64,000 nucleotides of DNA from the human T2T-CHM13v2.0 reference genome, Homo sapiens: assembly GCF_009914755.1 (NCBI RefSeq), contig NC_060939.1; one strand, given 5' to 3'. The number at the start of each line of letters is the position of its first letter. Position 1 is the first letter of the stretch. Below the pieces are notes generated by a model that had not been told where the DNA came from, made no database searches, and saw only the letters and a program-made list of their open reading frames with translations. Positions 38,144 through 51,403 of this stretch are shown piece by piece. The position numbers and the translations under genes are program-made.

Positions 38144-41100
38144 ATGTTTCCAAAATGCTGTATCCAAACAAAGGTTCAACTCTGTGAATTGAGGGCATAC
38201 ATCACAAAGAAGATTCTGAGAATGCTTCTGTCTAGATTTTATATGAAAATATTCCCGTTTCCAACGAAATCCTCAAAGCTATCCAAATATCCACTTGCAA
38301 ATGCCACAAAAAGAGTGTTTCCAAACTGCTCTGTGAAAAGGAAGGTTCAACTCTGTTAGTTGAGTACACACATCACAAAGAGGTTTCTGAGAATGCTGCT
38401 GACTAGTTTTTATTTGAAGATATTTCCCTTTTCACCTTAGGCCTAAGAGTGCTCGAAATGTCCATTTCCACATACTCCACAAAGTGTGTTTCAAACGTGC
38501 TGTATGAAAGGGAATGTTCAACTCTATGAGTTGAATGCAAACATCACAAAGAAGATTCTGAGAATGCTTTTGTCTAGATTTTATATGAAGATATTCCCGT
38601 GTCCAACGAAATTTTCAAAGGTCTCCAAATATCCATTTGTAGATTCTACAAAAAGAGTGTTTCCAAACTGCTGTATCAAAACAAAGGTTGAACTCTGTGA
38701 GTTGAGGACACACATCACAAATAAGTTTCTGAGAATGCTTCTGTCTAGTTTTTATTTGAAGATGTTTCCTTTTTCACCATAGGCCTGAAAGCGCTCGAAA
38801 TGTCCACTTCCAGATAGTACAGAAAGAGTGTTTCAAACCTGCTCTATGAACGGGAATGTTCAGCTCTGTGAGTTGAATGCAAACATCACAAAGCAGGTTC
38901 TGAGAATGCTTCCGTCTAGATTTTAAATGAGGATATTCCCGTTTCCAACGAAATCCTCGAAGCTATCCAAATATCCACTTGCAGATTCCACAAAAAGAGT
39001 GTTTCAAAACTGCTCTGTCAAAAGATAGGTTCAACTCTGTTAGTTGAGTACACACATGGCAAACAAGATTGCGAGAATGCTTTCGTCTAGTTTTTTTGGG
39101 AAGATATTTCCTTCTTCACCATAGGCCTCAAAGCGCTCCAAATATCCATTTCCACATGCTATACAAAGAGTGTCTCAAACCTGCTGTATGAATGGGAATG
39201 TTCAACTCTATGAGTTGAATGCAAACATCACAAAGAAGTTTCTGAGAATGCTGCTGTCTAGATTTTATATGAAGGTTTTCCCGCTTCCAACGAAATTTTC
39301 AATGCTCTCAAAATATCCTCTTGTAGATTCTACAAAAAGAGTGTTTCCAAACTGCTGTATCAAAACAAAGGTTCATCTCTGTTAGTTGAGGACACACATC
39401 ACAAATAAGTTTCTGAGAATGCTTCTGTCTAGTTCTTATTTGAAGACATTTCCTTTCTCACCTTAGGCCTGAAAACGCTCGAAATATCCACTTCCAGATA
39501 CGACAGAAACTGTGATTCAAACCTGCTCTATGAAAGGGAATGTTCAACTAGGTGACTTGAATGCAAACATCACAAAGCAGTTTCTGAGAATGCTGCTGTC
39601 TACTTTCTATTTGTAATCCCGTTTCCAACGAAATCCTCAGAACTATCGAAATTTCCAATTGCAGATTCCACAGAAACAGGGTTTCAAAGCTGCTCTGTAA
39701 AAAGAAAGGTTCAACTCTGTTAGTTGAATACACACGTCACAAACAAGTTTCTGAGAATGCTTCTGTCTAGTTTTTATGGGAAGATATTTCCTTTTTCACC
39801 GTAGGCCTCAAAGCGCTCCAAATGTCCACTTCCACATACTACAAAAAGAGTGTTTCAAACCTGCTGTATGAAAGGGAATGTTCAACTCTATGAGTTGAAT
39901 GCAAACATTACAAAGAAGTTTCTGAGAATGCTTCTGTCTAGATTTTATATGAAGGTTTTCCCGTTTCCAACGAAATTTTCAATGCTCTCAAAATATCCAC
40001 TTGTAGATTCTACAAAAAGAGTGTTTCCAAACTGCTGTGTCAAAAGAAAGGTTCAACTCTGTTAGTTGAGGACACACATCACAAATAAGTTTCTGAGAAT
40101 GCTTCTGTCTAGTTCTTATTTGAAGACATTTCCTTTCTCACCTTAGGCCTGAAAACGCTCGAAATATCCACTTCCAGATACGACAGAAACAGTGATTCAA
40201 ACCTGCTCTATGAAAGGGAATGTTCAACTAGGTGACTTGAATGCAAACATCACAAAGCAGTTTCTGAGAATGCTGCTGTCTACTTTCTATTTGTAATCCC
40301 GTTTCCAACGAAATCCTCAGAACTATCGAAATTTCCAATTGCAGATTCCACAAAAAGCGTGTTTCAAAGCTGCTCTGTAAAAAGAAAGGTTCAACTCTGT
40401 TAGTTGAATACACACGTCACAAACAAGTTTCTGAGAATGCTTCTGTCTAGTTTTTATGGGAAGATATTTCCTTTTTCACCGTAGGCCTCAAAGCGCTCCA
40501 AATGTCCACTTCCACATACTACAAAAAGAGTGTTTCAAACCTGCTCTATGATAGGGAATGTTGAAACGTATGAGTTGAATGCAAGCATTACAAAGAGGTT
40601 TCTGAGAATGCTTCTGTCTAGATTTTATATGTAGATATTCCCGTTTCCAACGAAATCCTCAAAGCTATCCAAATATCAACTTGCAGATTCTACAAAAGGA
40701 ATGTTTCCAAAATGCTGTATCCAAACAAAGGTTCAACTCTGTGAATTGAGGGCATACATCACAAAGAAGATTCTGAGAATGCTTCTGTCTAGATTTTATA
40801 TGAAAATATTCCCGTTTCCAACGAAATCCTCAAAGCTATCCAAATATCCACTTGCAAATGCCACAAAAAGAGTGTTTCCAAACTGCTCTGTGAAAAGGAA
40901 GGTTCAACTCTGTTAGTTGAGTACACACATCACAAAGAGGTTTCTGAGAATGCTGCTGACTAGTTTTTATTTGAAGATATTTCCCTTTTCACCTTAGGCC
41001 TAAGAGTGCTCGAAATGTCCATTTCCACATACTCCACAAAGTGTGTTTCAAACGTGCTGTATGAAAGGGAATGTTCAACTCTATGAGTTGAATGCAAACA

Positions 41101-44100
41101 TCACAAAGAAGATTCTGAGAATGCTTTTGTCTAGATTTTATATGAAGATATTCCCGTGTCCAACGAAATTTTCAAAGGTCTCCAAATATCCATTTGTAGA
41201 TTCTACAAAAAGAGTGTTTCCAAACTGCTGTATCAAAACAAAGGTTGAACTCTGTGAGTTGAGGACACACATCACAAATAAGTTTCTGAGAATGCTTCTG
41301 TCTAGTTTTTATTTGAAGATGTTTCCTTTTTCACCATAGGCCTGAAAGCGCTCGAAATGTCCACTTCCAGATAGTACAGAAAGAGTGTTTCAAACCTGCT
41401 CTATGAACGGGAATGTTCAGCTCTGTGAGTTGAATGCAAACATCACAAAGCAGGTTCTGAGAATGCTTCCGTCTAGATTTTAAATGAGGATATTCCCGTT
41501 TCCAACGAAATCCTCGAAGCTATCCAAATATCCACTTGCAGATTCCACAAAAAGAGTGTTTCAAAACTGCTCTGTCAAAAGATAGGTTCAACTCTGTTAG
41601 TTGAGTACACACATGGCAAACAAGATTGCGAGAATGCTTTCGTCTAGTTTTTTTGGGAAGATATTTCCTTCTTCACCATAGGCCTCAAAGCGCTCCAAAT
41701 ATCCATTTCCACATGCTATACAAAGAGTGTCTCAAACCTGCTGTATGAATGGGAATGTTCAACTCTATGAGTTGAATGCAAACATCACAAAGAAGTTTCT
41801 GAGAATGCTGCTGTCTAGATTTTATATGAAGGTTTTCCCGCTTCCAACGAAATTTTCAATGCTCTCAAAATATCCTCTTGTAGATTCTACAAAAAGAGTG
41901 TTTCCAAACTGCTGTATCAAAACAAAGGTTCATCTCTGTTAGTTGAGGACACACATCACAAATAAGTTTCTGAGAATGCTTCTGTCTAGTTCTTATTTGA
42001 AGACATTTCCTTTCTCACCTTAGGCCTGAAAGCGCTCGAAATACCCACTTCCAGATACTACAGAAACAGTGATTCAAACCTGCTCTATGAAAGGGAATGT
42101 TCAACTATGTGACTTGAATGCAAACATCACAAAGCAGTTTCTGAGAATGCTGCTGTCTACTTTCTATTTGTAATCCCGTTTCCAACGAAATCCTCAGAAC
42201 TATCGAAATTTCCAATTGCAGATTCCACAGAAACAGGGTTTCAAAGCTGCTCTGTAAAAAGAAAGGTTCAACTCTGTTAGTTGAATACACACGTCACAAA
42301 CAAGTTTCTGAGAATGCTTCTGTCTAGTTTTTATGGGAAGATATTTCCTTTTTCACCGTAGGCCTCAAAGCGCTCCAAATGTCCACTTCCACATACTACA
42401 AAAAGAGTGTTTCAAACCTGCTCTATGATAGGGAATGTTGAAACGTATGAGTTGAATGCAAGCATTACAAAGAGGTTTCTGAGAATGCTTCTGTCTAGAT
42501 TTTATATGTAGATATTCCCGTTTCCAACGAAATCCTCAAAGCTATCCAAATATCAACTTGCAGATTCTACAAAAGGAATGTTTCCAAAATGCTGTATCCA
42601 AACAAAGGTTCAACTCTGTGAATTGAGGGCATACATCACAAAGAAGATTCTGAGAATGCTTCTGTCTAGATTTTATATGAAAATATTCCCGTTTCCAACG
42701 AAATCCTCAAAGCTATCCAAATATCCACTTGCAAATGCCACAAAAAGAGTGTTTCCAAACTGCTCTGTGAAAAGGAAGGTTCAACTCTGTTAGTTGAGTA
42801 CACACATCACAAAGAGGTTTCTGAGAATGCTGCTGACTAGTTTTTATTTGAAGATATTTCCCTTTTCACCTTAGGCCTAAGAGTGCTCGAAATGTCCATT
42901 TCCACATACTCCACAAAGTGTGTTTCAAACGTGCTGTATGAAAGGGAATGTTCAACTCTATGAGTTGAATGCAAACATCACAAAGAAGATTCTGAGAATG
43001 CTTTTGTCTAGATTTTATATGAAGATATTCCCGTGTCCAACGAAATTTTCAAAGGTCTCCAAATAAAGATTGTTTCCAAACTGCTGTATCAAAACAAAGG
43101 TTGAACTCTGTGAGTTGAGGACACACATCACAAATAAGTTTCTGAGAATGCTTCTGTCTAGTTTTTATTTGAAGATGTTTCCTTTTTCACCATAGGCCTG
43201 AAAGCGCTCGAAATGTCCACTTCCAGATAGTACAGAAAGAGTGTTTCAAACCTGCTCTATGAACGGGAATGTTCAGCTCTGTGAGTTGAATGCAAACATC
43301 ACAAAGCAGGTTCTGAGAATGCTTCCGTCTAGATTTTAAATGAGGATATTCCCGTTTCCAACGAAATCCTCGAAGCTATCCAAATATCCACTTGCAGATT
43401 CCACAAAAAGAGTGTTTCAAAACTGCTCTGTCAAAAGATAGGTTCAACTCTGTTAGTTGAGTACACACATGGCAAACAAGATTGCGAGAATGCTTTCGTC
43501 TAGTTTTTTTGGGAAGATATTTCCTTCTTCACCATAGGCCTCAAAGCGCTCCAAATATCCATTTCCACATGCTATACAAAGAGTGTCTCAAACCTGCTGT
43601 ATGAATGGGAATGTTCAACTCTATGAGTTGAATGCAAACATCACAAAGAAGTTTCTGAGAATGCTTCTGTCTAGATTTTATATGAAGGTTTTCCCGCTTC
43701 CAACGAAATTTTCAATGCTCTCAAAATATCCTCTTGTAGATTCTACAAAAAGAGTGTTTCCAAACTGCTGTATCAAAACAAAGGTTCATCTCTGTTAGTT
43801 GAGGACACACATCACAAATAAGTTTCTGAGAATGCTTCTGTCTAGTTCTTATTTGAAGACATTTCCTTTCTCACCTTAGGCCTGAAAGCGCTCGAAATAC
43901 CCACTTCCAGATACTACAGAAACAGTGATTCAAACCTGCTCTATGAAAGGGAATGTTCAACTATGTGACTTGAATGCAAACATCACAAAGCAGTTTCTGA
44001 GAATGCTGCTGTCTACTTTCTATTTGTAATCCCGTTTCCAACGAAATCCTCAGAACTATCGAAATTTCCAATTGCAGATTCCACAGAAACAGGGTTTCAA

Positions 44101-47100
44101 AGCTGCTCTGTAAAAAGAAAGGTTCAACTCTGTTAGTTGAATACACACGTCACAAACAAGTTTCTGAGAATGCTTCTGTCTAGTTTTTATGGGAAGATAT
44201 TTCCTTTTTCACCGTAGGCCTCAAAGCGCTCCAAATGTCCACTTCCACATACTACAAAAAGAGTGTTTCAAACCTGCTGTATGAAAGGGAATGTTCAACT
44301 CTATGAGTTGAATGCAAACATTACAAAGAAGTTTCTGAGAATGCTTCTGTCTAGATTTTATATGAAGGTTTTCCCGTTTCCAACGAAATTTTCAATGCTC
44401 TCAAAATATCCACTTGTAGATTCTACAAAAAGAGTGTTTCCAAACTGCTGTGTCAAAAGAAAGGTTCAACTCTGTTAGTTGAGGACACACATCACAAATA
44501 AGTTTCTGAGAATGCTTCTGTCTAGTTCTTATTTGAAGACATTTCCTTTCTCACCTTAGGCCTGAAAACGCTCGAAATATCCACTTCCAGATACGACAGA
44601 AACAGTGATTCAAACCTGCTCTATGAAAGGGAATGTTCAACTAGGTGACTTGAATGCAAACATCACAAAGCAGTTTCTGAGAATGCTGCTGTCTACTTTC
44701 TATTTGTAATCCCGTTTCCAACGAAATCCTCAGAACTATCGAAATTTCCAATTGCAGATTCCACAAAAAGCGTGTTTCAAAGCTGCTCTGTAAAAAGAAA
44801 GGTTCAACTCTGTTAGTTGAATACACACGTCACAAACAAGTTTCTGAGAATGCTTCTGTCTAGTTTTTATGGGAAGATATTTCCTTTTTCACCGTAGGCC
44901 TCAAAGCGCTCCAAATGTCCACTTCCACATACTACAAAAAGAGTGTTTCAAACCTGCTCTATGATAGGGAATGTTGAAACGTATGAGTTGAATGCAAGCA
45001 TTACAAAGAGGTTTCTGAGAATGCTTCTGTCTAGATTTTATATGTAGATATTCCCGTTTCCAACGAAATCCTCAAAGCTATCCAAATATCAACTTGCAGA
45101 TTCTACAAAAGGAATGTTTCCAAAATGCTGTATCCAAACAAAGGTTCAACTCTGTGAATTGAGGGCATACATCACAAAGAAGATTCTGAGAATGCTTCTG
45201 TCTAGATTTTATATGAAAATATTCCCGTTTCCAACGAAATCCTCAAAGCTATCCAAATATCCACTTGCAAATGCCACAAAAAGAGTGTTTCCAAACTGCT
45301 CTGTGAAAAGGAAGGTTCAACTCTGTTAGTTGAGTACACACATCACAAAGAGGTTTCTGAGAATGCTGCTGACTAGTTTTTATTTGAAGATATTTCCCTT
45401 TTCACCTTAGGCCTAAGAGTGCTCGAAATGTCCATTTCCACATACTCCACAAAGTGTGTTTCAAACGTGCTGTATGAAAGGGAATGTTCAACTCTATGAG
45501 TTGAATGCAAACATCACAAAGAAGATTCTGAGAATGCTTTTGTCTAGATTTTATATGAAGATATTCCCGTGTCCAACGAAATTTTCAAAGGTCTCCAAAT
45601 ATCCATTTGTAGATTCTACAAAAAGAGTGTTTCCAAACTGCTGTATCAAAACAAAGGTTGAACTCTGTGAGTTGAGGACACACATCACAAATAAGTTTCT
45701 GAGAATGCTTCTGTCTAGTTTTTATTTGAAGATGTTTCCTTTTTCACCATAGGCCTGAAAGCGCTCGAAATGTCCACTTCCAGATAGTACAGAAAGAGTG
45801 TTTCAAACCTGCTCTATGAACGGGAATGTTCAGCTCTGTGAGTTGAATGCAAACATCACAAAGCAGGTTCTGAGAATGCTTCCGTCTAGATTTTAAATGA
45901 GGATATTCCCGTTTCCAACGAAATCCTCGAAGCTATCCAAATATCCACTTGCAGATTCCACAAAAAGAGTGTTTCAAAACTGCTCTGTCAAAAGATAGGT
46001 TCAACTCTGTTAGTTGAGTACACACATGGCAAACAAGATTGCGAGAATGCTTTCGTCTAGTTTTTTTGGGAAGATATTTCCTTCTTCACCATAGGCCTCA
46101 AAGCGCTCCAAATATCCATTTCCACATGCTATACAAAGAGTGTCTCAAACCTGCTGTATGAATGGGAATGTTCAACTCTATGAGTTGAATGCAAACATCA
46201 CAAAGAAGTTTCTGAGAATGCTGCTGTCTAGATTTTATATGAAGGTTTTCCCGCTTCCAACGAAATTTTCAATGCTCTCAAAATATCCTCTTGTAGATTC
46301 TACAAAAAGAGTGTTTCCAAACTGCTGTATCAAAACAAAGGTTCATCTCTGTTAGTTGAGGACACACATCACAAATAAGTTTCTGAGAATGCTTCTGTCT
46401 AGTTCTTATTTGAAGACATTTCCTTTCTCACCTTAGGCCTGAAAACGCTCGAAATATCCACTTCCAGATACGACAGAAACTGTGATTCAAACCTGCTCTA
46501 TGAAAGGGAATGTTCAACTAGGTGACTTGAATGCAAACATCACAAAGCAGTTTCTGAGAATGCTGCTGTCTACTTTCTATTTGTAATCCCGTTTCCAACG
46601 AAATCCTCAGAACTATCGAAATTTCCAATTGCAGATTCCACAGAAACAGGGTTTCAAAGCTGCTCTGTAAAAAGAAAGGTTCAACTCTGTTAGTTGAATA
46701 CACACGTCACAAACAAGTTTCTGAGAATGCTTCTGTCTAGTTTTTATGGGAAGATATTTCCTTTTTCACCGTAGGCCTCAAAGCGCTCCAAATGTCCACT
46801 TCCACATACTACAAAAAGAGTGTTTCAAACCTGCTGTATGAAAGGGAATGTTCAACTCTATGAGTTGAATGCAAACATTACAAAGAAGTTTCTGAGAATG
46901 CTTCTGTCTAGATTTTATATGAAGGTTTTCCCGTTTCCAACGAAATTTTCAATGCTCTCAAAATATCCACTTGTAGATTCTACAAAAAGAGTGTTTCCAA
47001 ACTGCTGTGTCAAAAGAAAGGTTCAACTCTGTTAGTTGAGGACACACATCACAAATAAGTTTCTGAGAATGCTTCTGTCTAGTTCTTATTTGAAGACATT

Positions 47101-47670
47101 TCCTTTCTCACCTTAGGCCTGAAAACGCTCGAAATATCCACTTCCAGATACGACAGAAACAGTGATTCAAACCTGCTCTATGAAAGGGAATGTTCAACTA
47201 GGTGACTTGAATGCAAACATCACAAAGTAGTTTCTGAGAATGCTGCTGTCTACTTTCTATTTGTAATCCCGTTTCCAACGAAATCCTCAGAACTATCGAA
47301 ATTTCCAATTGCAGATTCCACAAAAAGCGTGTTTCAAAGCTGCTCTGTAAAAAGAAAGGTTCAACTCTGTTAGTTGAATACACACGTCACAAACAAGTTT
47401 CTGAGAATGCTTCTGTCTAGTTTTTATGGGAAGATATTTCCTTTTTCACCGTAGGCCTCAAAGCGCTCCAAATGTCCACTTCCACATACTACAAAAAGAG
47501 TGTTTCAAACCTGCTCTATGATAGGGAATGTTGAAACCTATGAGTTGAATGCAAGCATTACAAAGAGGTTTCTGAGAATGCTTCTGTCTAGATTTTATAT
47601 GTAGATATTCCCGTTTCCAACGAAATCCTCAAAGCTATCCAAATATCAACTTGCAGATTCTACAAAAGGA
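33731..47670. repeat. Two tandem 41-mer super-units (11+15d+15; 6970 bp each); another copy at 9067-16036
   Basis: Anchors 33731, 40701 and 47671 are spaced 6970 bp apart. Both terminal 15-mers carry the same converted block with the 'gaaacTgtg' SNV (39511, 46481). Confidence 0.85.
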
Positions 47671-49547
47671 ATGTTTCCAAAATGCTGTATCCAAACAAAG
47701 GTTCAACTCTGTGAATTGAGGGCATACATCACAAAGAAGATTCTGAGAATGCTTCTGTCTAGATTTTATATGAAAATATTCCCGTTTCCAACGAAATCCT
47801 CAAAGCTATCCAAATATCCACTTGCAAATGCCACAAAAAGAGTGTTTCCAAACTGCTCTGTGAAAAGGAAGGTTCAACTCTGTTAGTTGAGTACACACAT
47901 CACAAAGAGGTTTCTGAGAATGCTGCTGACTAGTTTTTATTTGAAGATATTTCCCTTTTCACCTTAGGCCTAAGAGTGCTCGAAATGTCCATTTCCACAT
48001 ACTCCACAAAGTGTGTTTCAAACGTGCTGTATGAAAGGGAATGTTCAACTCTATGAGTTGAATGCAAACATCACAAAGAAGATTCTGAGAATGCTTTTGT
48101 CTAGATTTTATATGAAGATATTCCCGTGTCCAACGAAATTTTCAAAGGTCTCCAAATATCCATTTGTAGATTCTACAAAAAGAGTGTTTCCAAACTGCTG
48201 TATCAAAACAAAGGTTGAACTCTGTGAGTTGAGGACACACATCACAAATAAGTTTCTGAGAATGCTTCTGTCTAGTTTTTATTTGAAGATGTTTCCTTTT
48301 TCACCATAGGCCTGAAAGCGCTCGAAATGTCCACTTCCAGATAGTACAGAAAGAGTGTTTCAAACCTGCTCTATGAACGGGAATGTTCAGCTCTGTGAGT
48401 TGAATGCAAACATCACAAAGCAGGTTCTGAGAATGCTTCCGTCTAGATTTTAAATGAGGATATTCCCGTTTCCAACGAAATCCTCGAAGCTATCCAAATA
48501 TCCACTTGCAGATTCCACAAAAAGAGTGTTTCAAAACTGCTCTGTCAAAAGATAGGTTCAACTCTGTTAGTTGAGTACACACATGGCAAACAAGATTGCG
48601 AGAATGCTTTCGTCTAGTTTTTTTGGGAAGATATTTCCTTCTTCACCATAGGCCTCAAAGCGCTCCAAATATCCATTTCCACATGCTATACAAAGAGTGT
48701 CTCAAACCTGCTGTATGAATGGGAATGTTCAACTCTATGAGTTGAATGCAAACATCACAAAGAAGTTTCTGAGAATGCTGCTGTCTAGATTTTATATGAA
48801 GGTTTTCCCGCTTCCAACGAAATTTTCAATGCTCTCAAAATATCCTCTTGTAGATTCTACAAAAAGAGTGTTTCCAAACTGCTGTATCAAAACAAAGGTT
48901 CATCTCTGTTAGTTGAGGACACACATCACAAATAAGTTTCTGAGAATGCTTCTGTCTAGTTCTTATTTGAAGACATTTCCTTTCTCACCTTAGGCCTGAA
49001 AGCGCTCGAAATACCCACTTCCAGATACTACAGAAACAGTGATTCAAACCTGCTCTATGAAAGGGAATGTTCAACTATGTGACTTGAATGCAAACATCAC
49101 AAAGCAGTTTCTGAGAATGCTGCTGTCTACTTTCTATTTGTAATCCCGTTTCCAACGAAATCCTCAGAACTATCGAAATTTCCAATTGCAGATTCCACAG
49201 AAACAGGGTTTCAAAGCTGCTCTGTAAAAAGAAAGGTTCAACTCTGTTAGTTGAATACACACGTCACAAACAAGTTTCTGAGAATGCTTCTGTCTAGTTT
49301 TTATGGGAAGATATTTCCTTTTTCACCGTAGGCCTCAAAGCGCTCCAAATGTCCACTTCCACATACTACAAAAAGAGTGTTTCAAACCTGCTCTATGATA
49401 GGGAATGTTGAAACCTATGAGTTGAATGCAAGCATTACAAAGAGGTTTCTGAGAATGCTTCTGTCTAGATTTTATATGTAGATATTCCCGTTTCCAACGA
49501 AATCCTCAAAGCTATCCAAATATCAACTTGCAGATTCTACAAAAGGA

Positions 49548-51403
49548 ATGTTTCCAAAATGCTGTATCCAAACAAAGGTTCAACTCTGTGAATTGAGGGC
49601 ATACATCACAAAGAAGATTCTGAGAATGCTTCTGTCTAGATTTTATATGAAAATATTCCCGTTTCCAACGAAATCCTCAAAGCTATCCAAATATCCACTT
49701 GCAAATGCCACAAAAAGAGTGTTTCCAAACTGCTCTGTGAAAAGGAAGGTTCAACTCTGTTAGTTGAGTACACACATCACAAAGAGGTTTCTGAGAATGC
49801 TGCTGACTAGTTTTTATTTGAAGATATTTCCCTTTTCACCTTAGGCCTAAGAGTGCTCGAAATGTCCATTTCCACATACTCCACAAAGTGTGTTTCAAAC
49901 GTGCTGTATGAAAGGGAATGTTCAACTCTATGAGTTGAATGCAAACATCACAAAGAAGACTCTGAGAATGCTTTTGTCTAGATTTTATATGAAGATATTC
50001 CCGTGTCCAACGAAATTTTCAAAGGTCTCCAAATAAAGATTGTTTCCAAACTGCTGTATCAAAACAAAGGTTGAACTCTGTGAGTTGAGGACACACATCA
50101 CAAATAAGTTTCTGAGAATGCTTCTGTCTAGTTTTTATTTGAAGATGTTTCCTTTTTCACCATAGGCCTGAAAGCGCTCGAAATGTCCACTTCCAGATAG
50201 TACAGAAAGAGTGTTTCAAACCTGCTCTATGAACGGGAATGTTCAGCTCTGTGAGTTGAATGCAAACATCACAAAGCAGGTTCTGAGAATGCTTCCGTCT
50301 AGATTTTAAATGAGGATATTCCCGTTTCCAACGAAATCCTCGAAGCTATCCAAATATCCACTTGCAGATTCCACAAAAAGAGTGTTTCAAAACTGCTCTG
50401 TCAAAAGATAGGTTCAACTCTGTTAGTTGAGTACACACATGGCAAACAAGATTCCGAGAATGCTTTCGTCTAGTTTTTTTGGGAAGATATTTCCTTCTTC
50501 ACCATAGGCCTCAAAGCGCTCCAAATATCCATTTCCACATGCTATACAAAGAGTGTCTCAAACCTGCTGTATGAATGGGAATGTTCAACTCTATGAGTTG
50601 AATGCAAACATCACAAAGAAGTTTCTGAGAATGCTGCTGTCTAGATTTTATATGAAGGTTTTCCCGCTTCCAACGAAATTTTCAATGCTCTCAAAATATC
50701 CTCTTGTAGATTCTACAAAAAGAGTGTTTCCAAACTGCTGTATCAAAACAAAGGTTCATCTCTGTTAGTTGAGGACACACATCACAAATAAGTTTCTGAG
50801 AATGCTTCTGTCTAGTTCTTATTTGAAGACATTTCCTTTCTCACCTTAGGCCTGAAAACGCTCGAAATATCCACTTCCAGATACGACAGAAACAGTGATT
50901 CAAACCTGCTCTATGAAAGGGAATGTTCAACTAGGTGACTTGAATGCAAACATCACAAAGCAGTTTCTGAGAATGCTGCTGTCTACTTTCTATTTGTAAT
51001 CCCGTTTCCAACGAAATCCTCAGAACTATCGAAATTTCCAATTGCAGATTCCACAAAAAGCGTGTTTCAAAGCTGCTCTGTAAAAAGAAAGGTTCAACTC
51101 TGTTAGTTGAATACACACGTCACAAACAAGTTTCTGAGAATGCTTCTGTCTAGTTTTTATGGGAAGATATTTCCTTTTTCACCGTAGGCCTCAAAGCGCT
51201 CCAAATGTCCACTTCCACATACTACAAAAAGAGTGTTTCAAACCTGCTCTATGATAGGGAATGTTGAAACGTATGAGTTGAATGCAAGCATTACAAAGAG
51301 GTTTCTGAGAATGCTTCTGTCTAGATTTTATATGTAGATATTCCCGTTTCCAACGAAATCCTCAAAGCTATCCAAATATCAACTTGCAGATTCTACAAAA
51401 GGA
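49548..51403. repeat. 11-mer HOR with 21-bp deletion, 1856 bp, carrying a chimeric A/B 4-mer block
   Basis: Deletion junction at 50035/50036. A alleles run up to 50759 and B alleles start at 50858; ORF 50931..51116 reads ETRFL, the B type. Confidence 0.92.
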
